Below are positions 43,322 to 51,502 of a stretch of DNA of 58,767 nt, piece by piece. The first letter of the stretch is position 1. Every line of letters begins with the position of its first letter. This DNA is from Candidatus Roizmanbacteria bacterium RIFOXYC1_FULL_41_16 (GTDB lineage Bacteria; Patescibacteriota; Microgenomatia; UBA1406): contig MGBO01000021.1 of the NCBI GenBank assembly GCA_001788295.1, positions 212,865 to 271,631 on the forward strand, given 5' to 3'. Position numbers and translations under genes: made by a program. The notes beneath the pieces were generated by a model. It had not been told where the DNA came from, did no database searches, and saw nothing but the letters and a program-made list of their open reading frames with translations.

Positions 43322-44073
43322 TAGAATTTGGGCAGGGCAATAAATCTTAATACGGTTTGGTAAGTGCCGGCTTCCTGGGTATTGTCGATATTGATTTTGG
43401 CAGTAATGACTGACTGGCGATTGCGAGCCGCCTGACTTGATTCCATAAAAGTGACTGGTGAGGTGGAAAACGGCCGGAAATAATCGGCGCTGCCATTGAA
43501 ATCGGCACTGACATCGTGGCCGGTGACATTATAACCAAAACCATAGACAGCACTGGAAATCCAACTTTCGGCTGTATCGGCATCACAATACGGATTGTCG
43601 CAGGCCGTATCCTCAATCCAGGTATTGCCATCGAAAGTCTGTAATTTGTGATCCTGATAAACCATGACTTCATAACCTTGGCCGCGGTGAGTAATTGTGG
43701 CAGTGAGCTGTTCGGTGACTGGCGTGCCGGGAATCAAAGTGCCAAAATCCAGGGTGGTATCGGACAATTCAAAAGAAAAAGGATAAAGAATGTGAATATA
43801 TTGAAAGCCGGCCCGAACAATATAGCCGTTTTCTTCCCAGCGCTTGGCCACGGTTTGGCCCAAGGACATGTCCAATGTGTAGTTAGGAGAACCAGTAGTC
43901 CGACCGCCCATATTAATGTTGGTAAAAACAAACTCGTAACTGTCTGAACCCATCCGATCGGCCATAACTTGACTGATTGACAAACTCAGAAAAACTAAAA
44001 TAATCAACCAGAACTTAATTAAGTTTTTCAATGTAATCTTCAAAACTATCAAAAGCTTTTTCCAGCTCCTCAA
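43321..44073 (-). CDS. secreted beta-rich protein with conserved C-terminal ...RFIALPKF tail; C-terminal domain homologous to that of 47839..49299
   Basis: N-terminal hydrophobic helix and a duplicated S-x-[SN]-Y motif (SDSYEFVF, SPNYTLDM). It also has FSFELSDTTLDFGTLIPG...GQGYEVMVYQ and ends AGTYQTVLRFIALPKF. The exact start is uncertain because of a 59-nt overlap with the upstream ORF. The stop overlaps the next ATG (TAATG). Confidence 0.55.
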   Translation of the reverse strand: MRSWKKLLIVLKITLKNLIKFWLIILVFLSLSISQVMADRMGSDSYEFVFTNINMGGRTTGSPNYTLDMSLGQTVAKRWEENGYIVRAGFQYIHILYPFSFELSDTTLDFGTLIPGTPVTEQLTATITHRGQGYEVMVYQDHKLQTFDGNTWIEDTACDNPYCDADTAESWISSAVYGFGYNVTGHDVSADFNGSADYFRPFSTSPVTFMESSQAARNRQSVITAKINIDNTQEAGTYQTVLRFIALPKF

Positions 44074-44707
44074 CTTTGTGCTTGAGGTATTCCAAATCCG
44101 AATCGCCCATAAAGTTTTTCAAGCGATCGTTGATGTCATCCAGATGACTCTGAAAAACTGTATTTAGAAAAATCAACGTCTGCTCTTTTTCATACGCCTG
44201 AAGATTATTGCTTTTTTGCCTGGCTTTTTCCAAATGTTTTAATTCATTTTTCTGCTGAAAATAACGCCGTTGCAAATCACCCAAATATTTGGCAAAAGGA
44301 GCGATAAACGGTAACGACAATACCGGTAACAACTCTTTGAGATTGGCGCTGAAATTACTCAAACTCAAAAACATAATTACCAGAGTAATCGTGAGAACCA
44401 AGCCCACCAACGGATCCAAAATCAAGGCCACGGCAAAGAGCAAAAAATACAGCAAGAAGAAAAAGGGCGACACTACCCCGCCGGTTGAAAACACAGTAGA
44501 GGTAATGATAAACACAAACAGCCAAGCTTCAAAATACAACATGCCGCTGGAATGACCAAACCGGCGCTTGGTAAAAAAGTAGATGATAAAAAGCAGCGCC
44601 ACCAGCTGCAAATCGTATTTAGCAAGAGAAGAAACGCTGAAGATTACGGCTAACACCAAAGTGAAAACAACTCCGATAATTTGAAAAATCAGTGGTTTTT
44701 TTGGCAT
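44015..44707 (-). CDS. hypothetical polytopic membrane protein with C-terminal coiled-coil
   Basis: About 6 TM helices followed by a charged helical tail (QRRYFQQKNELKHLEKARQKSNNLQAYEKEQ...). It is the first gene of the surface module. Confidence 0.5.
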   Translation of the reverse strand: MPKKPLIFQIIGVVFTLVLAVIFSVSSLAKYDLQLVALLFIIYFFTKRRFGHSSGMLYFEAWLFVFIITSTVFSTGGVVSPFFFLLYFLLFAVALILDPLVGLVLTITLVIMFLSLSNFSANLKELLPVLSLPFIAPFAKYLGDLQRRYFQQKNELKHLEKARQKSNNLQAYEKEQTLIFLNTVFQSHLDDINDRLKNFMGDSDLEYLKHKVEELEKAFDSFEDYIEKLN

Positions 44708-44767
44708 ATTCTCATTATATAAGATTAAAAAAAGAGAAAGTCACAAAATCTTGCGGTGTAAAAACTC

Positions 44768-44796
44768 TTGTGTCTTTAGGAGAAACAAGGTTACAT
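44768..44796 (+). promoter_or_regulatory. possible promoter of comEA, leaderless geometry
   Basis: TTGTGT (44768..44773), a 17-nt spacer, TTACAT (44791..44796), 7 nt, then ATG at 44804. Confidence 0.3.
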
Positions 44797-44803
44797 TGAG
44801 ACT

Positions 44804-45376
44804 ATGAACAATCAGGCATTACCCAAGCTCTTACTATTGATTATGGGTTTGGCGGCTTTTTCAGCAGTGATCGCTTTAACTGGAATTGTTCAGCTTAGTA
44901 GCCTAAACAAGCCGGCTCTTAGCCAGTCCCCGATTAAAATCACCCGAAACCGGGCCCCAGCCAATCCCTTAATTATTGATGTGGAAGGCGCGGTAGAAAA
45001 ACCCGGAGTCTACGAACTAAAAGCCAACAGCCGTTTGCTTGACGCCATTAAAAAAGCCGGCGGCCTCAGTAGCAGTGCTGACAGATATTTGATTGCCAAA
45101 ACCTACAATCTGGCTAAAAAACTAGCGGACGAAGAAAAAGTGTACATGCCATTTTGGGAGGAAAGAGACAGCAATGTCTTAGGAACCTTTACCAGTGATT
45201 TGACTTATATTAATTCTGCCAGCCTTACCCAACTGGAACTGTTGCCTGGAATTGGGCCGGTGCGGGCGCAAAAAATTATCGACAGCCGGCCCTATAGCCA
45301 GCTTGAAGAATTAATCAGCAAAAAGGTGCTGGGAGAGGCAACTTTTGCCAAACTGAGCGGATTAATTGGTTTGTAA
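44804..45376 (+). CDS. comEA: competence protein ComEA (SLBB + helix-hairpin-helix DNA receptor)
   Basis: TM anchor, an SLBB-like segment (IDVEGAVEKPGVYELKANSRLLDAIKKAGG) and an HhH segment (SLTQLELLPGIGPVRAQKIIDSRPY). Confidence 0.85.
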   Translation: MNNQALPKLLLLIMGLAAFSAVIALTGIVQLSSLNKPALSQSPIKITRNRAPANPLIIDVEGAVEKPGVYELKANSRLLDAIKKAGGLSSSADRYLIAKTYNLAKKLADEEKVYMPFWEERDSNVLGTFTSDLTYINSASLTQLELLPGIGPVRAQKIIDSRPYSQLEELISKKVLGEATFAKLSGLIGL

Positions 45377-46165
45377 ATGATCGATTATTTGGTCAGGCCT
45401 TTTTTCCAATATTTACCCACTGATCTGGGGGCAATAGCCGCCGCCATGATTTGGGGCCAAAAGCAATATTTAACCAGCCAACAGTATCAAGTTTGGCAAA
45501 CAACCGGCTTATTGCATCTACTGGTCTTGTCTGGCCAAAACATTACTTTATTGGTCAATTTTCTGCAAATCTTTACCAAACGCTTGGGTCTAAAATGGCA
45601 ATTATTGATTACTATTCTGGTGGCTATATTTTATCTGGTTATTTTTGGAACCGAAGCGCCAATTGTGCGCGCTTCTGTGATGGCTATTTTGAGCTCGCTG
45701 GTTATTTTTGAACAAACCACGACCCCACCTTTATATTTGTTGTTGTTGACTGCTTCTTTAATGGTGATTGTCAAGCCAGAGTGGCTAACCAGCTTGTCTT
45801 TTCAGCTATCGTTTGCTGCCACTTTGGGGATTTTGGTTTTTTATCCGTATTTTCAGGCCAGATTTAAGTTCAAATCGGCACTCTCGAAGATGTTTTTTGT
45901 CTCGCTTTCGGCCCAACTCTTAACCACTCCCCTTTTGCTAGTCACTTTTCGGGAAATCTCAGTTCTGGCTTTATTCATTAATACTCTGGTGGCGTTATTA
46001 GTGGAGCCGATTATGCTGGTAGGCATTATTACCAGTTTGGCCGGCAACTGGATAGACATAATTAATATGGCTTTAAGTCTGATTTTGTTTGGCTTGCTGG
46101 GAATACTGAACTGGCTGGTGAATGTTTGTTACCCGCTAAGTTTATTGATGCAATTGCGGATATGA
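45377..46165 (+). CDS. comEC: ComEC/Rec2 competence channel domain (membrane part only)
   Basis: The polytopic sequence TGLLHLLVLSGQNITLL matches the GxxHLLAISGLH motif of the Competence domain. The stop overlaps the next start (ATGA at 46162..46165). Confidence 0.8.
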   Translation: MIDYLVRPFFQYLPTDLGAIAAAMIWGQKQYLTSQQYQVWQTTGLLHLLVLSGQNITLLVNFLQIFTKRLGLKWQLLITILVAIFYLVIFGTEAPIVRASVMAILSSLVIFEQTTTPPLYLLLLTASLMVIVKPEWLTSLSFQLSFAATLGILVFYPYFQARFKFKSALSKMFFVSLSAQLLTTPLLLVTFREISVLALFINTLVALLVEPIMLVGIITSLAGNWIDIINMALSLILFGLLGILNWLVNVCYPLSLLMQLRI

Positions 46166-47004
46166 GAACAATTTTGATTTTGGTAATCATAGGGGTCGTT
46201 TCGGCTATTTTTGTTCTATCCAGCAATCAGGCCAGGACCGCTACCAGAATCGTTTTTTGCGACGTGGGCCAAGGCGACGCCATTTATTTACGCCTGGATT
46301 CACAAATCGATGTTTTGATTGACAGCGGACCTTATTCTCAAATAATAAGTTGTTTAAACCAAGAGATGCCCTATTTTGACCGCACTATTGAGCTGGCTTT
46401 TCTCACCCATCCGGAAAAAGATCATTTTGGCGGCTTTCCCTATCTTTTGGGCAGCTTCAAAATCCAGGCGCTTTATTTACCCACATCTGTTAGAAATAAT
46501 TTGCCGTCAAACGAGCCTTGGCAACAATTCTGGCAACAGGCAAAAAATAACATTAATGAAATCAATTATCTGTCTCAAGGAGACGAGATCAGTATCGGCA
46601 CAAGTTTGTTTACTATTCTTTGGCCAGAAGCAACGTCGACAGAATCCAAAATCCAGGAATACAATAATTCGGCTTTGGGAATTTTGGCTCAGGTAAAGGA
46701 TAAACAAATTCTGCTGCTGTCGGATATGGACATTGCTCCAGCCGAAAGAGCGATCTCTCAACTCAATCTTAACGTGGATATTTTCAAAATCAATCATCAC
46801 GGCTCAAAATATGGCCTTTCTCAAAAATTATTAAAGTTAGCAGACCCGCAATTGGCAGTGATAAGCGTGGGTAAGCAAAATTGGTACGGCCACCCGCACA
46901 ACGAGGTTATTCAACTATTACAAAGCCTTAACGTTCCCATCAAGCGAACTGATAAAAATGGAAAGATTGTCCTACCGCTCTATTCCATTCCCGATATGGA
47001 TTAG
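46162..47004 (+). CDS. comEC: ComEC C-terminal metallo-beta-lactamase domain as a separate ORF
   Basis: One TM helix followed by VFCDVGQGDAIYL, THPEKDHFGG (HxHxDH-like) and INHHGS. The start was set at the ATG at 46162. Confidence 0.8.
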   Translation: MRTILILVIIGVVSAIFVLSSNQARTATRIVFCDVGQGDAIYLRLDSQIDVLIDSGPYSQIISCLNQEMPYFDRTIELAFLTHPEKDHFGGFPYLLGSFKIQALYLPTSVRNNLPSNEPWQQFWQQAKNNINEINYLSQGDEISIGTSLFTILWPEATSTESKIQEYNNSALGILAQVKDKQILLLSDMDIAPAERAISQLNLNVDIFKINHHGSKYGLSQKLLKLADPQLAVISVGKQNWYGHPHNEVIQLLQSLNVPIKRTDKNGKIVLPLYSIPDMD

Positions 47005-47750
47005 GCGGAGAGGAGGATCCGGCGCATTTCCTGAAAAATATTCCAGGCTTCGGCGCCAATCCAGGTTTGGCCAACTAATTCTTGTGGCAGGCCCGGATCG
47101 GTTTTCAATATTTCAATATATTTATTGACAATTTTTTTGAGCTTTTCCTCACGTGAAAGCGTTTGGTCTGAAAGATACTCGTGCCATTCTTTAAAGATCT
47201 GGCGATACTGTTTCTCTACCTGACTGATATTCCACACCTTTTCAATCAAAATTTTTAAGTCTCCGACTACCGGCTTGCCTTCAAACGCCTGAACATAATC
47301 AGCAAAGGCCGGCTGGGTCTTGACTAGCGCTTGCAAAGCCGCGGCCACCGGATGCGGAGTGAGCCAAAAAGACCGGTGCCAAGGGCCCAAACCCCAGCCA
47401 CTGATTTCCCGGCGCAAACTGTCGCGCAAGGCTCTTTTTTTCTCAGGAATTTCGTAAGTAATAATCCGGTAAAAACCATCCCAGGGAAAAATCGTGAAAC
47501 GCACATACGGAAAAGATAATGACAGCTCAGCCAAACCTTTTTCTGTAATCTGATAGCTGCCAGACTCATGTTTCACAATTACCTCGTCCGCCAACATCTG
47601 GCGAACTGTGCCACGGGAACGCGGTGAATCAGCCGGCAGCGAAAACACAGTTTTGATCTTAGCATTGTAAATCAGATGGGGTTTATCTTTGTCCAGTAAA
47701 TATAAAGTGAGCAAAGTTCTTGTCCGCCGTTCTTTAATTGAAGCTACCAT
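47001..47750 (-). CDS. PaaX-family transcriptional regulator-like protein
   Basis: A winged-helix-like N-terminus is followed by WDGFYRIITYEIPEKKRALRDSLRREISGWGLGPWHRSFWLTPHP. This matches the PaaX pattern W-x-G-x-W-x-[LV]-x-[YF]-S-[IV]-P-E...R-x-x-L-R...GFG...W-[IV]-x-P. Confidence 0.65.
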   Translation of the reverse strand: MVASIKERRTRTLLTLYLLDKDKPHLIYNAKIKTVFSLPADSPRSRGTVRQMLADEVIVKHESGSYQITEKGLAELSLSFPYVRFTIFPWDGFYRIITYEIPEKKRALRDSLRREISGWGLGPWHRSFWLTPHPVAAALQALVKTQPAFADYVQAFEGKPVVGDLKILIEKVWNISQVEKQYRQIFKEWHEYLSDQTLSREEKLKKIVNKYIEILKTDPGLPQELVGQTWIGAEAWNIFQEMRRILLSA

Positions 47751-47757
47751 TAATCAT

Positions 47758-47786
47758 AAAATAACAAACGTGAATATTTTTGTCAA
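47758..47786 (-). promoter_or_regulatory. possible promoter of the paaX-like gene, leaderless geometry
   Basis: Minus strand reads TTGACA (47786..47781), a 17-nt spacer, TATTTT (47763..47758), 7 nt, then ATG at 47750. Confidence 0.35.
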
Positions 47787-47801
47787 GTTTTAATAATGCG
47801 C

Positions 47802-47830
47802 TTGACAAATATCTCAAGCTTTAATTAAAT
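47802..47830 (+). promoter_or_regulatory. sigma70-like promoter of surface module 2, leaderless geometry
   Basis: TTGACA (47802..47807), a 17-nt spacer, TTAAAT (47825..47830), 8 nt, then ATG at 47839. The 15-mer cttgacaaatatctc (47801..47815) recurs at 53877..53891. Confidence 0.45.
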
Positions 47831-47838
47831 GATGGTAT

Positions 47839-49299
47839 ATGAAAAAGATCTTGAGCTGCCTCCTTATTGGTTTGGTTTTTGGCCAATCTTTATTTTCTTT
47901 TACCTTAATCAAGCCTTTGAGCGTTGACGACGCTGTGATTACGGCGGCCAGCGCGACGCTTTCTAACCCCAGACGTTCCTATTATGCCTCAGTGAGCGGC
48001 CCGCTGGTTGCTAGTACTGCTATTATTCCGATTAAAACCAGCGGCGGCACCGGACCGGAAACAACTGTTGCCGGTTTATTTCCTGGCGACACCGTGGTTA
48101 TCGGACCAAACGGTGACGAAACTGTGGCTTCGATTCCCTCTACCACTGGCTCGAATTTTGTCATTGACGGCGGCCTTAATGTGGGCGCCAGTGACAACAC
48201 TGATATTATTGCCACTCAAAGCGGCACTTTAACTGTGACTTTTACCATTGGTTCGGCGATTCCGGCCAATGGCTATGTGGAACTAGTCATTCCTGATCCG
48301 CCGTCTAACGGTAACGACGGCAAGCCGGATTATAACGCTACCTTGGCCAATCTTGGTTTTGACGCTAATGGCATAGCCAACACCAACACCACCACAAGTG
48401 GCGGCACTGGCTGTACCTGGAGCGGTACCGAAACTTTCACTGCCGGTACTGGTGCCGGCCATACCTATTCTTTTGTAACAACTACTCAATGCACTGCAGG
48501 CACCATTACCATGACTGTGGGTGATGGGACGACTGGCTTAGTGAATCCGGCCAGAGTCGGTGCAATAGGCTCAGCTGATATTTATCAAATGAATATTTAC
48601 ACCAAAACCAGCGGTGGTGTGATAATTGAATCTCGCGATGTGTCGGTAGCCATTGTTGAAGGTGTTTTGGTTTCGGCTAATGTTGACGAAACTTTGTCTT
48701 TTACTGTGGCTGGCCGTGCCTCTGGCACAACCTCCTGCAATATTGCCACTTCAATTACAACTACTGCCACCACAGTTCCCTGGGGCGTGCTCTCAACTAC
48801 TTATGCCGCCGGCACTCATAATGCGGCTCAACAATTAACCTTAAGCACTAATTCTTCCAGCGGCTACAAAGTATATGCTCAAGAAAACGACCAAATGGGC
48901 CTAAACGGCAATACCTGTACTGGAGCGGCTCCAAGCGCTGGCGAGTATACTTTTGTAGCTGGCACTTGCATTCGCGACATTCCCACAGCCACTCATACCA
49001 CTGCTTTTGACTGGGGCACCCCAGGTACTAATTATGGCTTGGGTTATTCTTTGGAAAACGCGACCGGCACGCCAGCCCAATTCCTTTATAACGACAGCGG
49101 TACTTTTTATGCCAAACAGTTTGCCGATAAAGAAGTACCGGAAAGCGAAACCGACGCTGACGCACAATTAATGGTCGAAACTACCGGTCCGGTAGCGGCT
49201 AACAGCGTTTATGTTTGTTTCCGAATCAACATTCCCGGCGACCAACCCTCAGGCTATTATTACAATATTGTTAAGTACACAGCCGTACCGATTTTTTAA
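47839..49299 (+). CDS. secreted Thr/Gly/Ala-rich surface protein with conserved C-terminal ...KYTAVPIF tail
   Basis: Signal peptide and a 486-aa Thr/Gly-rich body. The C-terminal domain (LSFTVAG...TVPWGVLS...SSSGYKVYAQ...) ends PSGYYYNIVKYTAVPIF, paralleling 43321..44073. Confidence 0.6.
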   Translation: MKKILSCLLIGLVFGQSLFSFTLIKPLSVDDAVITAASATLSNPRRSYYASVSGPLVASTAIIPIKTSGGTGPETTVAGLFPGDTVVIGPNGDETVASIPSTTGSNFVIDGGLNVGASDNTDIIATQSGTLTVTFTIGSAIPANGYVELVIPDPPSNGNDGKPDYNATLANLGFDANGIANTNTTTSGGTGCTWSGTETFTAGTGAGHTYSFVTTTQCTAGTITMTVGDGTTGLVNPARVGAIGSADIYQMNIYTKTSGGVIIESRDVSVAIVEGVLVSANVDETLSFTVAGRASGTTSCNIATSITTTATTVPWGVLSTTYAAGTHNAAQQLTLSTNSSSGYKVYAQENDQMGLNGNTCTGAAPSAGEYTFVAGTCIRDIPTATHTTAFDWGTPGTNYGLGYSLENATGTPAQFLYNDSGTFYAKQFADKEVPESETDADAQLMVETTGPVAANSVYVCFRINIPGDQPSGYYYNIVKYTAVPIF

Positions 49300-49301
49300 A
49301 C

Positions 49302-50282
49302 ATGAAAAAAATTATTTATTTTCTTTTAATCACTTCCCTATTCTTAAGCTTGACCGGCTCAGCTTTGGCTCAAGAAAAGTTGCAGATGATTGTGGGTCCG
49401 GTGCGCCAGGAGATCTTCTTAAATCCGGGTGAAAACGATCAGGTGGAAATCCGTTTTTACAATCAATCCGAACGACCGATTACCGGACAACTAACTGCGG
49501 TTGATTTTATTGTGACCAGTTCAGACGGCGCGCCCACTCTTTTGGACGACCCCTCCCAAGCGTCACCCAAATTCTCCGGCACCAGCTGGATCAGCTTGCC
49601 TTACGATCAGATTACCATTGCCGCTACCAACCGCGTTAATGTGCCTGTTTCTATTCAGGTACCGAATAATGCCAAACCAGGCGGCCGCTATGTGGCCATT
49701 TACTTTCAGCCAAACAACAACACACCAACCAGCAGTGGTTCGGGTGTCGCCTCCAGAATTGCCGGTTTACTCTATATCAGAGTCAATGGCGAAATTACTG
49801 AAAACGCCTTGATCACCCGTTTTTACAGCCCGAGCTTTTTTGAATACGGCCCAATCACAGTCAACACTGAGATTCTTAATCGCGGTGACTATCACATTAC
49901 TCCCAAAGCCGTCATTGCCATGAGCAATGCTTTTGGCACGCTCACTGACCAGGTTTCATTAAGAGATGAAAACATTTTTCCAGACGCCACCCGCATCTTT
50001 ACAAATGAGATTGGACCAAAATGGCTTTTTGGCCGCTACAAACTTTCTCTGATGGGATCATATGGCACCAATGGCAAATCACTTGAAGCAACGACCTATG
50101 TGTGGGTGATGCCTTGGCGGATTATTGCCATCGTGATCCTAGGTATTATTTTGATCTATATCTTAATCAAAAAAGTAATTCTCTCTTCTAATGAACAGGT
50201 GTCAGAGCTGGAATCGCGGCTAAGCAAGGAAGAGGAAGAACTTGAAGAACTCAAAAAACTCTTACGCAAAAAGAACGAATAA
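49302..50282 (+). CDS. secreted protein with C-terminal TM anchor and coiled-coil tail; paralogue of 42302..43321
   Basis: Signal peptide (FLSLTGSALAQE), a beta-rich body, a TM helix (IIAIVILGIILIYILI) and a cytoplasmic tail (ELESRLSKEEEELEELKKLLRKK). Confidence 0.6.
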   Translation: MKKIIYFLLITSLFLSLTGSALAQEKLQMIVGPVRQEIFLNPGENDQVEIRFYNQSERPITGQLTAVDFIVTSSDGAPTLLDDPSQASPKFSGTSWISLPYDQITIAATNRVNVPVSIQVPNNAKPGGRYVAIYFQPNNNTPTSSGSGVASRIAGLLYIRVNGEITENALITRFYSPSFFEYGPITVNTEILNRGDYHITPKAVIAMSNAFGTLTDQVSLRDENIFPDATRIFTNEIGPKWLFGRYKLSLMGSYGTNGKSLEATTYVWVMPWRIIAIVILGIILIYILIKKVILSSNEQVSELESRLSKEEEELEELKKLLRKKNE

Positions 50283-50292
50283 GTTTATCCTA

Positions 50293-51420
50293 CTAAACAT
50301 GAGTTGTCTGCAAAAAAGACCAATAGTTTTCTTGATTAATAACTTGAAAACTGGCTTGAGGATAAGTATCTAACCATAGTTTAGGAGGGGTTTTTTGGAA
50401 TTTTTGCCATTTTATTTCATAAGCCCAAAGTTTGCCTTCTTTTTCTTCAAGATAATCTATTTCTTGCTTGGTCCAGGTCCGCCAAAAAAAACTATTGGAA
50501 AATTGTCGCTGCGCCTGATTAAGTTTAATCCTTTCGGCAATGACAAAATTTTCCCATAAAGCCCCGATATCGTTACGTAAATTTAAAGGATTAAAGTTAT
50601 TAATAATGGCATTTCTAATTCCTAAGTCCCAAAAATAGATTTTGCGCGATTTAGAGATCTCTTTGCGTAAATTGCGAGAAAATGGCCGAAGCGTAAAAAT
50701 AACAAAAGATAGTTCGAGCAAACGCAGATAAGTTCTGACAGTTTTTTGATCAATCCCCAGCAAGCTACCTAGCTCAGTATAGGAAACCTGGCTACCAATC
50801 TGTAAAGCCAATGCTTCTAAAAGACGTGGAATGAGCTCGTTATTACGTAAACCTTGATACTCTAAAGCATCTTTATAAAGATAATTTTGATAAAGGTGAC
50901 GTAGGGTTTCCTGAGCTTCTTCAGGCATATTAACTACTTCAGGGTAAGTGCCAAAACGCAGACGAACATGAAGTAAACGCTGAGCGGCTTGCGGCTCCTG
51001 ATGAAGCTCTGATAATAGTAAGGGGGCTAGATAAAATTCCCGAGCTCGTCCTGTTAAAGGTTCTTTGATTTGGTTAGACAGATCAAAAGATGAAGAACCG
51101 GTTGTGATTATTTGCTTACTACTATTATCACTAATTAGTTTTAAGGTTAAGCCAATATTTCTGACTCTTTGTGCCTCATCAATAATCACTAGGGTTTTAT
51201 TACCTAAATAATTAATTAGTTCGGTTGAGGTTTTATTAGTTAAGGCCTGCCGGACATCAGGTTCATCACAATTTAAATATACACTCTGTTGAGGAACTTC
51301 TGACATAATTTTTTTTACTAAAGTAGTTTTACCAACTCGACGAGCCCCATAAATAATAATTATCCTGTTTTTGAATAACTGTTTTTTGATTTCTGGTTCG
51401 ATTATTCGTGAATAATACAT
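50293..51420 (-). CDS. AAA+ ATPase with DUF4143-type C-terminal domain
   Basis: Walker A IIIYGARRVGKTTL and Walker B LVIIDEAQRV. A winged-helix-like middle region and a C-terminal segment typical of the AAA_14/DUF4143 family follow. Confidence 0.75.
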   Translation of the reverse strand: MYYSRIIEPEIKKQLFKNRIIIIYGARRVGKTTLVKKIMSEVPQQSVYLNCDEPDVRQALTNKTSTELINYLGNKTLVIIDEAQRVRNIGLTLKLISDNSSKQIITTGSSSFDLSNQIKEPLTGRAREFYLAPLLLSELHQEPQAAQRLLHVRLRFGTYPEVVNMPEEAQETLRHLYQNYLYKDALEYQGLRNNELIPRLLEALALQIGSQVSYTELGSLLGIDQKTVRTYLRLLELSFVIFTLRPFSRNLRKEISKSRKIYFWDLGIRNAIINNFNPLNLRNDIGALWENFVIAERIKLNQAQRQFSNSFFWRTWTKQEIDYLEEKEGKLWAYEIKWQKFQKTPPKLWLDTYPQASFQVINQENYWSFLQTTHV

Positions 51421-51502
51421 AGTTTTCAGGAACTTATTCCTCTAAATTAATATAATTTGCAGGAATTGTCAAGTTCATTTAAATCATATATACTTAATTA
51501 TT

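Noticed and set aside
45377-47004. comEC as a frameshifted pseudogene.
   Set aside because: The two ORFs meet in a clean ATGA stop/start overlap at 46162..46165. The second ORF begins with its own TM helix, and both parts keep their family motifs. A genuine split seems more likely, though read-level verification is listed in the findings.
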